Of a stretch of 37,776 nucleotides of DNA, positions 26,693 to 35,398 are shown one piece after another. The stretch comes from Pseudomonadota bacterium (GTDB taxonomy: Bacteria > Desulfobacterota > Desulfobacteria > Desulfobacterales > JBDRRP01). Below the pieces are notes generated by a model that was given only the letters and a program-made list of their open reading frames with translations, was not told the DNA's origin and ran no database searches. The translations under genes were made by a program, and so were the position numbers. The stretch spans positions 1-37,776 of the forward strand of contig JBDRRP010000103.1 of assembly GCA_043825735.1 (NCBI GenBank), in the 5' to 3' direction. Position 1 is the first letter of the stretch. Each line of letters starts with the position of its first letter.

Positions 26693-26829
26693 AGGTTGTA
26701 CCCCAGCTTGCGAAAGTGTTCGGCCACCTGCTGCCGTGTGATTTTGCCGGCGGCCAGAAAGGCCCGCAGGGCAATCATGTAAGTGCCGAATATATCCCGG
26801 CGGTCTTTTGGCATTTGTTTCGGTTTCAT
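26689..26829 (-). CDS. 46-aa hypothetical protein (not in ORF track)
   Basis: MKPKQMPKDRRDIFGTYMIALRAFLAAGKITRQQVAEHFRKLGYNL; exactly fills the gap with overlaps at both ends. Confidence 0.55.
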   Translation of the reverse strand: MKPKQMPKDRRDIFGTYMIALRAFLAAGKITRQQVAEHFRKLGYNL

Positions 26830-27545
26830 CACAGCCTCCCCGCCAGCTCGCTGAGCTCGGCGATTCTTGTCTTGATAAGCGTCCGTTGTTCTCCGGTGAC
26901 GAGCACGCCGCCGAACTTCTCCCCCAATTTTTTGAGGGGCTCGGCAAACCGCTCCGGATCCTTGACCATGCGGCCCAGGTAACGCTCGACAATTTTCGCT
27001 GCAAAGCGCTCGCCCGGGTCGAATTGCACCGGCGGCGCCGGCAGCCCGCTGATATCGCCCAGGCCGTCGAAGTCAAAGGCCATCTGTTCCATCATCTCTA
27101 CGGCGGCTTCCTCGTCGATCCGCACGGCTTTCTTAAGCCCGGTAAGACCGCGCGCCCGGAAGGCGTTGCTCATGCGCCGTGCCTCGGTTTCATCGTCGCA
27201 CATATAGTACCCGCCGCCGGCACCGGCCCTGCTGCAGATAGCCGCGTTCTTGTGGTGCATGACAAGATGGTTGTGCATCTCCCGCACGTCGCGTTTCCAG
27301 CGGTCCAGGAGCTTTGACTGATAGGCGCGAGTCGCCTGCAGGTGGGCGGGGATGTCGGCCGGAACCTCGTAGCCCAGCCGCTGGCAGGCAAACAGCACTG
27401 CAAGGTGGTCGCCGCTGATCGCGTTGGCCTCGCCCACATGATCCACCCACAGGATCGCCAGAAACATCGATTCGGCCGTTGTGAGCCGGCCGTCGTGGGT
27501 GCCTTCTTTCGTATCGATGCCGAGATCGCGCATGCGAATGCCCAT
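26829..27545 (-). CDS. Winged-helix domain early protein
   Basis: HVGEANAISGDHLA...KRDVREMHNHL...ICSRAGAGGGYYMCDDETE; AAGGAGG RBS. Confidence 0.65.
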   Translation of the reverse strand: MGIRMRDLGIDTKEGTHDGRLTTAESMFLAILWVDHVGEANAISGDHLAVLFACQRLGYEVPADIPAHLQATRAYQSKLLDRWKRDVREMHNHLVMHHKNAAICSRAGAGGGYYMCDDETEARRMSNAFRARGLTGLKKAVRIDEEAAVEMMEQMAFDFDGLGDISGLPAPPVQFDPGERFAAKIVERYLGRMVKDPERFAEPLKKLGEKFGGVLVTGEQRTLIKTRIAELSELAGRL

Positions 27546-27556
27546 TTGTTCCTCCT

Positions 27557-27769
27557 TTAACCCGCGTTCAACTGGCGAAGAGCGCGGGAATGATGGATGC
27601 CCATGCGATCGAGCGTGCGCCGTGCGGCCATGATGTTATTGATCGCCAGCTCCTTGCACCGGATGGTGTCCGGCTCCGTCGGCCGCTGGGCCATGATGTT
27701 GATGAACGCTTCGTTTAAGGTGTCGTGCAGGGCGTCTGCCTGCTCGTTATTGATCCTGATACCGATCAT
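27557..27769 (-). CDS. Hypothetical protein
   Basis: AGGAG RBS before MIGIRINNEQ; in operon. Confidence 0.6.
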   Translation of the reverse strand: MIGIRINNEQADALHDTLNEAFINIMAQRPTEPDTIRCKELAINNIMAARRTLDRMGIHHSRALRQLNAG

Positions 27770-27780
27770 TGACGGGTCTC

Positions 27781-28092
27781 CTATATTCTGTGCCGCGTGC
27801 ATTGCTGGCAGGCCATGAAAAGCCTGGCCCGCTGCGGACTGCTGGCGGCGAATGGTTTTTTGCGCTCTTCTGCGCATCGACGGATCGGGATCTCTCCCAT
27901 CACCGGGCAGGCCACCGATCCGCGCCCGTAGGCGTCCACGACGGCCTGCAGTATGTTTTCCAGCCCGGCCCCATAGGTGCCCTTGAGCGCCTGGTTGACG
28001 GCGCTGGGCGAGTATCCCAGTGCTCTCGCGACGGCGGCCTGCCCGTGGATGCACACAATCTCTCGCAGCAAGTTGCTGGCGTCGCTGGTCAT
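27781..28092 (-). CDS. HTH protein with Cys cluster, typical downstream of the ATPase in B3-like transposable phages
   Basis: GQAAVARALGYSPSAVNQALKGTY; VACPVMGEI...C...ACQQC. Confidence 0.78.
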   Translation of the reverse strand: MTSDASNLLREIVCIHGQAAVARALGYSPSAVNQALKGTYGAGLENILQAVVDAYGRGSVACPVMGEIPIRRCAEERKKPFAASSPQRARLFMACQQCTRHRI

Positions 28093-28418
28093 CGCGCATC
28101 TCCTCTCCGGCAGCGCTCGCCGATAGGGCGCCCGCAAACCGAGCACACCGTTGGATAATCAGGCCCGACATCGCGAACCAGACGCCATGCCTGATATTCT
28201 CCCGGGCGGCCGCCGGCGTAGTTTCCATTGGCGGCCAGATAGCCGTGCCCGGCGAGCCGGGCGATGAACTTGGCTGCGTTGGAGGGCGACGCTCCGGACG
28301 TGCGACATAGATCCGGCACGGCAAACCGGCGCATGATGCGCATGGTCTGCCACATCTTGCAGCGGCCGGTACCGGGCCGGGGTTTCTTGCTGTGCATCCC
28401 CCTGACGCCTGCCATCAT
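28089..28418 (-). CDS. Winged-helix protein following MuB
   Basis: MWQTMRIMRRFAVPDL...AKFIARLAGHGYL...WRLVRDVGP; ATGA overlap with ATPase. Confidence 0.78.
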   Translation of the reverse strand: MMAGVRGMHSKKPRPGTGRCKMWQTMRIMRRFAVPDLCRTSGASPSNAAKFIARLAGHGYLAANGNYAGGRPGEYQAWRLVRDVGPDYPTVCSVCGRPIGERCRRGDAR

Positions 28419-29134
28419 GAGGCCCTCCGAAACCGCGGCTGGTCGTAAAACAGCGCCCGTTTGCCCCAGTCGGCAGCGGCGACGGTGCCCAGGCCATTGG
28501 TGCGGCCGAATGTCTCGATGCGGGCCATGCCGGTGACCATGCGGCCGATGTTGGCGCGGGCCGCCTGGTGCAGGTGCTCCAGCAGATCGTCGGCCAGGGC
28601 GACATCGCAAATGGTGTCGGCCAGGGTGCGTGCGTCGGCCAGATCGATGCCGTCGAACTCCACCCACTGGGTGACGCGCCGCGCAAACCGGCCGTTGGCC
28701 TGGATTTTCTGGGCCATCTGCTGCATGCCGATCAGCACCACCGGTGAGCCGGTGTTGTCGTAGATGTCCCTGAGGGCATCGAGCATGTCGGTCTGGCGAA
28801 GAAGATAATCGGCCTCATCGACGAAGATCGGCCGCGGGTGCTCCATCAGCGCCCGGATCACAGCGTCCACCATCGCCGAGCGAAACCGGCCGGGCACCAG
28901 GCCCAGCTCCACGGACAGGGCCCCGAGCATGCTGGTAACGGTCCAGCAGGTGTTGGCCCGAAGAAAAACGCCGTCGAGGGTGTTGGTGGCAAAGGCGATG
29001 GTGGTGCTTTTCCCCTCGCCGGGCTGGCCCCACAAAAGGCCCATGCCCTCCACGCCCAGCGGCCGGTCCTGTAAATCCCGAACGCCCGCCAGAAACCGGC
29101 GGACGTTCTTGGTCATTGCCATTTCGTGTTTCAT
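28415..29134 (-). CDS. MuB-like AAA+ transposition ATPase
   Basis: Walker A GQPGEGKS, Walker B IFVDEAD, LRDIYD, PVVLIGM; directly after transposase. Confidence 0.92.
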   Translation of the reverse strand: MKHEMAMTKNVRRFLAGVRDLQDRPLGVEGMGLLWGQPGEGKSTTIAFATNTLDGVFLRANTCWTVTSMLGALSVELGLVPGRFRSAMVDAVIRALMEHPRPIFVDEADYLLRQTDMLDALRDIYDNTGSPVVLIGMQQMAQKIQANGRFARRVTQWVEFDGIDLADARTLADTICDVALADDLLEHLHQAARANIGRMVTGMARIETFGRTNGLGTVAAADWGKRALFYDQPRFRRAS

Positions 29135-29184
29135 ATGCTACGTCTCCCTTGCTGAGTTTAGTCCGCCTGCGGCGGACGGATTTT

Positions 29185-29212
29185 GGCCGGGGCTGCCACC
29201 CCGGCCTTTTTT
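29185..29212 (+). terminator. GC hairpin with T tract on the plus strand between transposase and ATPase
   Basis: GGCCGGGG-ctgcca-CCCCGGCC-TTTTTT; orientation is antisense to the early operon. Confidence 0.55.
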
Positions 29213-31367
29213 ATTGAGCCTGCCTCTCTCCTGTTTCCAGATAGATCTCGTAGCGTTTCATGAAGGCCATGTCCGCGTCGGAAAGATCCATCCCGACGCG
29301 AAGATCCGCATCGAGCTGCTCATATCTCTCCCAGTCGTTTGACGGCAGCAATCGCTCGCAGCGCTGGCCGGCCAGGTCGATCACGGCCCTGGCCTGACGC
29401 TCCTCACGATCGCTGATGCCGATAGGCTGCGGGCCGGCCTCCCGGCGCCGGGTGTCGTCCACGGCCAGCATGGCCTCTTCGAGCGCCGGAGTGGTGTAGT
29501 CTTCTGCCGGCCGACGGAATTCCGCGATCTTGGCAATCTCCGACTCGCGGTGATTTAAGATCTCGCGGTGGATCTCCCGGGTGGCCGCTTCCTTGGCAAC
29601 GCGCTTGACCTCGGCGCTGGCCTCGCGGATCACCCGGCGCTGCACCGCTTTCATCCGCGCAGCCACTTCCTGGCGGTCGACGCCGGCGCGCTCGGGATCG
29701 ATGGCGGCGCATAGATAAATCTTGCTACCGTCATCGCCAACCAGGTAGCACCGAACCATGCCCCAGTCCGTAGCGTCGAGCAGCACCAGCACCCGGTCGC
29801 CCTCGTGTCCGGCCATTTCCGGAGCGAAGTAATTGCCGCCTTCAACCGCGATGCCTTTCTTGCCGATGACGCGCATGCCGCCGTCCGACGGCGCCGGGGC
29901 CAGCAGAAGATCGAGCGCGGCTTCGTGCTCGATGCGGCGCACCGGTCCCATCCAGGCCCTGGCCATCTGCGCAGGCGTTTTCCCGCCAAGGCCGGCGTGG
30001 GCATCCTGGTGGTACATGGCCGCTGTCCAGCGGTCGCAAAGGCGCTGCAGCTCGGCGGCGGTCATCTTGATGTCCACCGTCTGGTCGCTGCTCATCATCC
30101 TGGAAGCAAAGGTCTGGCGCGCTCGGATGGCCTGCCGGTCGGCAACGCTGTGGCCGATGTAACCGGGCAGCAGCTCCACGATGTCATGGGAGAACGTGCC
30201 CAGGGCGCGCTCGATGTGCGGCTTTTCCTCTGGCGTAAACGGCTTGCAGAGTGCCTGCGCGATCTCAAGTTCCTCGAGCACGCGCACGATGTGTTTTGAC
30301 ACGTAGTCGGCGCCGTTGTCCGTCTTGATGATCTCCGGCACGCCCCAGTCGATGATGGCGCGTCGGATCAGCGCGGCCACCGCTACGGCCTTGCTGGTCG
30401 GCGACACGAGCAGCTTCATGCGGCGGGAAAAGACATCGATGACGCCGATCACCGTGTGGCGGCCGTCGATGAGCATGATGTCAGCCGGCGTGGAGTCCAT
30501 CTCCCAGAGCTGATTGAGCCGGATGATGGATTCCGACGCGCTGCCCACTGCGAACAGGTGGCGGTTTTTCCACTCGTCGGGGTTGGTGAGGTAGAGCACC
30601 AGGTTGTGGTTGGCGGCGTTCCATTTCTTGACGAACCGGCGAACCGCCGATTCGGTGGGCAGATCCTGCCCGCAGAAGCGGGCCTCGAGGCCCTTCATGA
30701 TCTTGGGGATCCCGGCGTGCGGATGCTCCACCCGCATGCCGATGATGAACTGTTGCATGTGCCCGGGCACGCTGGTGGTTTTGTCGTGCGCCGAGTACTG
30801 GGCGGCCAGGGCGGCGATGCCGCCGGTCTGATGCGCCTTTTCCCAGCGGTTGAGCGTTGGCCATGACAGCGACACCCGGCCCTGGCGGGTGGCTGCTGCG
30901 CTGATGATCCAGCCCGGAAGGTTGATCGTGCCGGCCGTGAGCTCGCGAATGAAGTCGAAGGTGCCACTCTTTTTCGGGAGACGGGCGGCGGCGATGAAGG
31001 CGTCGCGGGCCTTTAGGAGCTCGCGCTTTGCTTCTGCCTCGCGCTGGCGCTCGGCCGGCAGCGCATAAAATGCCGTCAGGCTGTTTTCGCATGCTTCAAG
31101 CCGTTTTGCCGCTGCCACCTCAACCTCTGTCATCAACCCGTCGGCGCGCTCGGCAGCAGCGGATGCCGCAGGGGATTTGGATGCGGCTTTTAGCAGTGCT
31201 GATCTAACGCATGATGGCAGCAGCCCTGGCAGAAAAACGCGCTGGTATCCGCCGCGCACCGGGCGTGTCAGGGTTTTCCAGCCCTCTGCCACTGCGCGTT
31301 GCCGGACGGCACGGTCAGATATACCGAGATGGGCGGCGAGCTCTGTGGATGTGAAAGACTCTTGCAT
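29211..31367 (-). CDS. MuA-like DDE transposase
   Basis: N-terminal HTH (TELAAHLGISDRAVRQRA); DDE triad in WEMDSTPAD, KTDNGADY, KPHIER; start MQESF with GAGGT RBS. Confidence 0.95.
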   Translation of the reverse strand: MQESFTSTELAAHLGISDRAVRQRAVAEGWKTLTRPVRGGYQRVFLPGLLPSCVRSALLKAASKSPAASAAAERADGLMTEVEVAAAKRLEACENSLTAFYALPAERQREAEAKRELLKARDAFIAAARLPKKSGTFDFIRELTAGTINLPGWIISAAATRQGRVSLSWPTLNRWEKAHQTGGIAALAAQYSAHDKTTSVPGHMQQFIIGMRVEHPHAGIPKIMKGLEARFCGQDLPTESAVRRFVKKWNAANHNLVLYLTNPDEWKNRHLFAVGSASESIIRLNQLWEMDSTPADIMLIDGRHTVIGVIDVFSRRMKLLVSPTSKAVAVAALIRRAIIDWGVPEIIKTDNGADYVSKHIVRVLEELEIAQALCKPFTPEEKPHIERALGTFSHDIVELLPGYIGHSVADRQAIRARQTFASRMMSSDQTVDIKMTAAELQRLCDRWTAAMYHQDAHAGLGGKTPAQMARAWMGPVRRIEHEAALDLLLAPAPSDGGMRVIGKKGIAVEGGNYFAPEMAGHEGDRVLVLLDATDWGMVRCYLVGDDGSKIYLCAAIDPERAGVDRQEVAARMKAVQRRVIREASAEVKRVAKEAATREIHREILNHRESEIAKIAEFRRPAEDYTTPALEEAMLAVDDTRRREAGPQPIGISDREERQARAVIDLAGQRCERLLPSNDWERYEQLDADLRVGMDLSDADMAFMKRYEIYLETGERQAQ

Positions 31368-31369
31368 CG

Positions 31370-32239
31370 TCACGACCTCAGATCCTGAATGATGACGTCC
31401 TTCTCGGTGATGGCGCCGAGCAATGCCGACAGGTGCCGCACCACGTTGACCTTGCTGGTGGAGTGCCATTTGTCATGCATGGCCTTTTCTACCTGGAGCA
31501 AAAAGGCGTCAAAGGCGGCTTCAAACTCAGCTGACATGGTTGTCTCAGGGTCGACCGGCAGGTTGCGCTGCTGGGTGGCTCTGGCCACCGCGTGGCTGAT
31601 CTCATTCTGGTATAGACGGCCGCGGGTGCGCTTCACGTGCGCCGCGGTGATCTTGCCGTTTTTTGCGGTACGGACTGCTTCCTGCCAGGCGCGGGCCTGC
31701 TCTTCTGGCTTGAGGCCGACCAGGGCGCGGGCCTGGGCTTCATTCATCGGCGCCCATTCGATCTGCCCGCCGTGATGGGTGATTTCGAAATCTTTTTGTG
31801 CACAATTGTGCACATTTTCGACTGTGTCAGCCGCGTCAATTAACTGGTAAGCGCGTCGTCTTGCCACGTCGAACAGATCTTTTGAGTAATCATCGAACCT
31901 CTTGTGGGTCTCCCTGTATAGCTTCTCGTCTCGGATCTCCCGGAGAGCGCAGCCCACCTCGTAAAAAGCCTTGAAGTTGCCGATGATCAGCCCCTCGAGC
32001 TGCGCCTTGCGATCGCGCTCGCGCGCCGACAGCGGCATGGCGAGATCGATGGTGCGCCGGCGCCGCTGAGGCGCTGCCGCGGCCCTGCCGTCGCAGACGC
32101 CTTCGGGCCGTGTGCATTTGCCGAACTCGCCGGAGATGCGGATCCCGCGCGCCGGGTTTGCGAGCGACTTGTGAAATCCACAGGCGTTGCACTCGCCGTC
32201 GGGTTGGGTGGTCGATTTGAGAAGGACGGCTTTGCTCAT
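31370..32239 (-). CDS. DUF3102-like early DNA-binding protein
   Basis: FYEVGCALREIRDEKLYRETHKRFDDY...RRRAYQLIDAA, PMNEAQARAL, GKITAAHV; N-terminal Cys cluster. Confidence 0.65.
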   Translation of the reverse strand: MSKAVLLKSTTQPDGECNACGFHKSLANPARGIRISGEFGKCTRPEGVCDGRAAAAPQRRRRTIDLAMPLSARERDRKAQLEGLIIGNFKAFYEVGCALREIRDEKLYRETHKRFDDYSKDLFDVARRRAYQLIDAADTVENVHNCAQKDFEITHHGGQIEWAPMNEAQARALVGLKPEEQARAWQEAVRTAKNGKITAAHVKRTRGRLYQNEISHAVARATQQRNLPVDPETTMSAEFEAAFDAFLLQVEKAMHDKWHSTSKVNVVRHLSALLGAITEKDVIIQDLRS

Positions 32240-32703
32240 TTTTCAATCTCCTGAAGGAATAGCTCTCGTTTGCGTTTTTCGGCCCGGGCCTTTCGTTCGG
32301 CCTCTGCGAATTTCTGGATCTCTGCCCGCAGAGCTTCCGGACCCGGAAGCGCGAAAACACCGGCGGCCTCGGCGATGACTTTCATGGGCGCCTGGCTGCC
32401 GGTAGCTTTGCAAAAAGCGGGGATGTATTCGGCGGGGATGCGGTGGCCTTCCTTGCTCTCGGCCGTCCACGCGTCGATGGTGTATTTGCTGATTTCGACG
32501 CCGACCAGGTGACTCATGCGGCCGGCGAGCTCCCAGCGCGAAAGGCTGCATGATCGGATGGCGTCCGTGAGCGATTCGCGCAGCGCGTCGCGGATGTCCA
32601 GGCTGCCCTCGCGGGGCTGCCCCTGGGGCGCGCTGGCGAGCTGGCTGATGTAATCGAACAGGCTGAGCTGCGCGGTGTCTATTTTGGCTGGCTTTTTAGC
32701 CAT
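32236..32703 (-). CDS. Phage regulatory protein (CII-like HTH)
   Basis: LSRWELAGRMSHLVGVEISKYTIDAWTAESKEGHRIPAEYIPAFC; follows ner. Confidence 0.7.
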   Translation of the reverse strand: MAKKPAKIDTAQLSLFDYISQLASAPQGQPREGSLDIRDALRESLTDAIRSCSLSRWELAGRMSHLVGVEISKYTIDAWTAESKEGHRIPAEYIPAFCKATGSQAPMKVIAEAAGVFALPGPEALRAEIQKFAEAERKARAEKRKRELFLQEIEK

Positions 32704-32725
32704 TGACGAAATCCAACAATTAGGT

Positions 32726-32944
32726 TTAATTCTGATCGTAGCGGCTGGGCCAGATCACCGACGGGTGAACGCCCAAGGCCTCGGCCACTGCCTGCTCGGA
32801 AAGTGGGACCCGTTTTCGAAGCACATCATAAATGCTGAACTGCGCGAGCTTGCGCCGGCGACCGATGTCCGCCAGCGATAGCCCGCGTAGCGCCAGTTCG
32901 TATTTGATTCGGGCCGGGTGCCAGTCGGTTTTGATTAAGTTCAT
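32726..32944 (-). CDS. ner: Ner-like transcriptional regulator
   Basis: DWHPARIKYELALRGLSLADI...EQAVAEALGVHPSVIWPSRY; divergent from repressor. Confidence 0.92.
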   Translation of the reverse strand: MNLIKTDWHPARIKYELALRGLSLADIGRRRKLAQFSIYDVLRKRVPLSEQAVAEALGVHPSVIWPSRYDQN

Positions 32945-33017
32945 TGAGCCTCCGTGCCTGTGGCTATGACTATTCGCAATTATTGGATAGACACTTTATA
33001 AATCACAATTTGAAATA
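32945..33017. promoter_or_regulatory. Divergent lysis/lysogeny promoter-operator region
   Basis: AT-rich gap between ner and repressor; minus strand TTGTGA-N18-AATAAT, plus strand TTCGCA-N18-TATAAA; related motifs ATTCGCAATT and AATCACAATT. Confidence 0.6.
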
Positions 33018-33464
33018 ATGTCAAGCCATAAAAACACAACGAGTGATATTCTGGATAGATTGAAGTCCGTGGCAGGGATCAAGCTGGATATTGATTTGGC
33101 TACGAAATTAGGTATTGGCCAAAGCACCTTGGCCAACTGGAAATCCCGATCGAGTTTGGATCACGCCCTAATTATTTCATTTTGTGAAGACCGGGGCATA
33201 TCCACGGACTGGGTGTTCTTTGATAAGGGTGAACCATCCGGAAGCGACGCTGGGTATCACCCCTCAACCCCAGTACTGGGCATCAACATCGACGTCCTGA
33301 TTCAAATCATCGAGCGCATCGAGGCGTGGCTGCAGCGCGAGCGCCTCAGCCCGCCGATTGAGAAAAAGGCCCGCCTGATCGCGCTCATGTATGCCTACTT
33401 CACGGAAACGGAATCGGATGTCACTGAGGAAAAGGTACGTGAATATCTAAAACTGGTGGCGTGA
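33018..33464 (+). CDS. Prophage repressor (CI-type HTH, no S24 peptidase domain)
   Basis: ILDRLK...DIDLATKLGIGQSTLANWKSR...GISTDWVFFDKG; divergent from ner. Confidence 0.88.
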   Translation: MSSHKNTTSDILDRLKSVAGIKLDIDLATKLGIGQSTLANWKSRSSLDHALIISFCEDRGISTDWVFFDKGEPSGSDAGYHPSTPVLGINIDVLIQIIERIEAWLQRERLSPPIEKKARLIALMYAYFTETESDVTEEKVREYLKLVA

Positions 33465-33467
33465 ACG

Positions 33468-34055
33468 ATGGGCAAACCTGCTCTGAAATCAGAGATCGAC
33501 AGCCTGATAGGGGACATGAGAAACTCGGGAGTGCCGCCGCCCCCTGATGATCCGAAGCAATCTGAAAAACCGGCGCACAAGAGGCACCGGCCCATCTATT
33601 ATATAATAGGCACCGTCATCATGGCGGCGGTCATTATCGCTGCCGGTACCGCCGTCTACTCGAAGTTGACGGACAAAAAAGACCCAACCGTCCCCTGGGG
33701 GCAAATCACATCTCCAGCCGCCGGCACAGCTGTCCCGCGCACGTTCACCATCGTCGGCAAAACAAGCCGCATCCCGGAAGGGTGCAGGGTGGTAATGGCC
33801 GTCGACGTTGAGCAACTCCGCCTTTGCTGGCCCAAGCTCCCCTGGATCGAGCCCAACACAAAGTTCAGGACAAACATCTACGAAGGCGGCCCAGGAGACA
33901 AATTCGCAGTGTCGCTATATTATGTCGACCAGAAATACGTCGACCAGATCTCAGAGTGGTTCCGATCTGGGATATTGGGCGGCTTCCCGATTATACCGAC
34001 CCGTTACATGCTTGATTCAGTGACGTTGAGAGTGCAGAATGTACCTACTAGATAA
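33468..34055 (+). CDS. Single-pass membrane protein with beta-rich extracytoplasmic domain
   Basis: Hydrophobic helix IYYIIGTVIMAAVIIAAGTAVY, then GQITSPAAGTAVPRTFTIVG; starts 3 bp after repressor. Confidence 0.75.
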   Translation: MGKPALKSEIDSLIGDMRNSGVPPPPDDPKQSEKPAHKRHRPIYYIIGTVIMAAVIIAAGTAVYSKLTDKKDPTVPWGQITSPAAGTAVPRTFTIVGKTSRIPEGCRVVMAVDVEQLRLCWPKLPWIEPNTKFRTNIYEGGPGDKFAVSLYYVDQKYVDQISEWFRSGILGGFPIIPTRYMLDSVTLRVQNVPTR

Positions 34056-34106
34056 AACTATGCGCAAAACTTTAAGAGGAAAAGAAGCATAAATGGGGGT
34101 GAGTTT

Positions 34107-34607
34107 ATGTTGAAATCTCTTTATAGAATGGCGGCACCTCTGTTCTTGGCTGCCATCGCGGCTATGGCGCTTCACGCCTGCGCTACCGTGCCCATGCCAG
34201 GGGAGGAAATTTTTATAAAAACAGATCCCTCTCACGAAGTTAGGAATGGGTTTGCTTCGGTTTATTTTTATCGTCCTGAACAATATCAGGGCGGATCCGT
34301 TCGATACCTTATCCACGACGGTGACAAGGTGATCGGCGCATTAATGTCAAACAGCGCATTCGTTTATGAGGCAACCCCTGGGCGTCACTTGTTCTGGGCG
34401 GAAAATGAAATCGTTTCCCGAGTGGTTATAGACTGCGAAGCCGATACTGAGTATTTCATCGAGGGCGATACAACCGTCGGTAAAATGATGGGGAATCCGG
34501 AGCTGTCGCGGATGTGGCCGAATACGGCTAAAAAGAGAATCAAGTCCATCCCGTTCTATACATTCGATTGGAATGCAAAACCGAAAAACAACGATCCGAT
34601 GCGGTGA
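34107..34607 (+). CDS. DUF2846-like lipoprotein
   Basis: Signal peptide with lipobox LHAC; ASVYFYRP, PGRHLFWAENE, TEYFIEG. Confidence 0.8.
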   Translation: MLKSLYRMAAPLFLAAIAAMALHACATVPMPGEEIFIKTDPSHEVRNGFASVYFYRPEQYQGGSVRYLIHDGDKVIGALMSNSAFVYEATPGRHLFWAENEIVSRVVIDCEADTEYFIEGDTTVGKMMGNPELSRMWPNTAKKRIKSIPFYTFDWNAKPKNNDPMR

Positions 34608-34693
34608 GCCGTTATAACGGGGCGACAAAGATCAACAAGGAGTTCTCCGACACTTCAGACCTTATTTGGCTGAAAATTAGAAAGGGGGGGGGC

Positions 34694-35023
34694 ATGCGGT
34701 TTTTAATGATAGTGTGTGTGATTTTTTTTGTCTCCTGCACTGCAGCTGGTGGAATTAAACCGACAGTGTATACAGCGCCACCAAGCTACCTAAAGACATT
34801 CCCACTCGGTCAAATTACTGAAAAAGAAATGATAATGAAGGCTGGGCCACCTAATAGGACTATAGAAATAGACGGAAAAAAGGCGTTCGTATACGATCTT
34901 GGCGAAGTGATGGGCGCAAGATCGTTCACATATATTTTCGAAAACGGTGTTGTCGATGATGTGCTTTATAACGATATGGGGCAATATAACGGTATTACTG
35001 CAAAACAATATCAGGGGAAATAG
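34694..35023 (+). CDS. Small lipoprotein, possible BamE/SmpA-like fold
   Basis: MRFLMIVCVIFFVSC signal; GQITEKEMIMKAGPP...AFVY...YIFENGVV. Confidence 0.72.
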   Translation: MRFLMIVCVIFFVSCTAAGGIKPTVYTAPPSYLKTFPLGQITEKEMIMKAGPPNRTIEIDGKKAFVYDLGEVMGARSFTYIFENGVVDDVLYNDMGQYNGITAKQYQGK

Positions 35024-35087
35024 TTCATGCGCCACCGATGAAAACAATTTCGTTAAAACAGCCATAGCTTAAAAGTGAGGTGCGAAA

Positions 35088-35351
35088 TTGGAAAAGAAAT
35101 TTTTCACTATGGTTTCCGTATTTGTCGCGATTTTGTTGTGCAGCTGCAGCGTAGGACCTCACAATAATCCATACATTATTAAGACGGCTGGTGCTGTAGG
35201 GTGTCCTCCTGAAGAGATTAAAATGAGCGATGTCAATGGACATATGGGTTATTGGTCTTGGAAAGCGGAGTGTAGAGGGAAATCATTTTATTGTTCTCAA
35301 GGGCCTGATGGGGTGACCAAGTGTCAGCCTGAACAGCAGAAAACTGAATAA
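35088..35351 (+). CDS. Small Cys-rich lipoprotein
   Basis: TTG start with GAGGTG RBS; ILLCSC lipobox; GAVGCPPEEI...WKAECRGKSFYCS...TKC. Confidence 0.75.
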   Translation: MEKKFFTMVSVFVAILLCSCSVGPHNNPYIIKTAGAVGCPPEEIKMSDVNGHMGYWSWKAECRGKSFYCSQGPDGVTKCQPEQQKTE

Positions 35352-35398
35352 CGTGCGTTCATGCCATCGAGGGCCGCACCCAACTGCGAGGAGGCATA

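Noticed and set aside
31368..31469. Longer transposase start given by the ORF track
   Set aside because: Overlaps the upstream gene; RBS and HTH start support ATG at 31367
372..32881. Many long plus-strand and alternate-frame ORFs (e.g. 13229-14437, 20006-21088, 9815-10786)
   Set aside because: Shadow ORFs opposite or overlapping clearly recognisable minus-strand genes in GC-rich DNA; Arg/Pro/Ala-rich with no motifs
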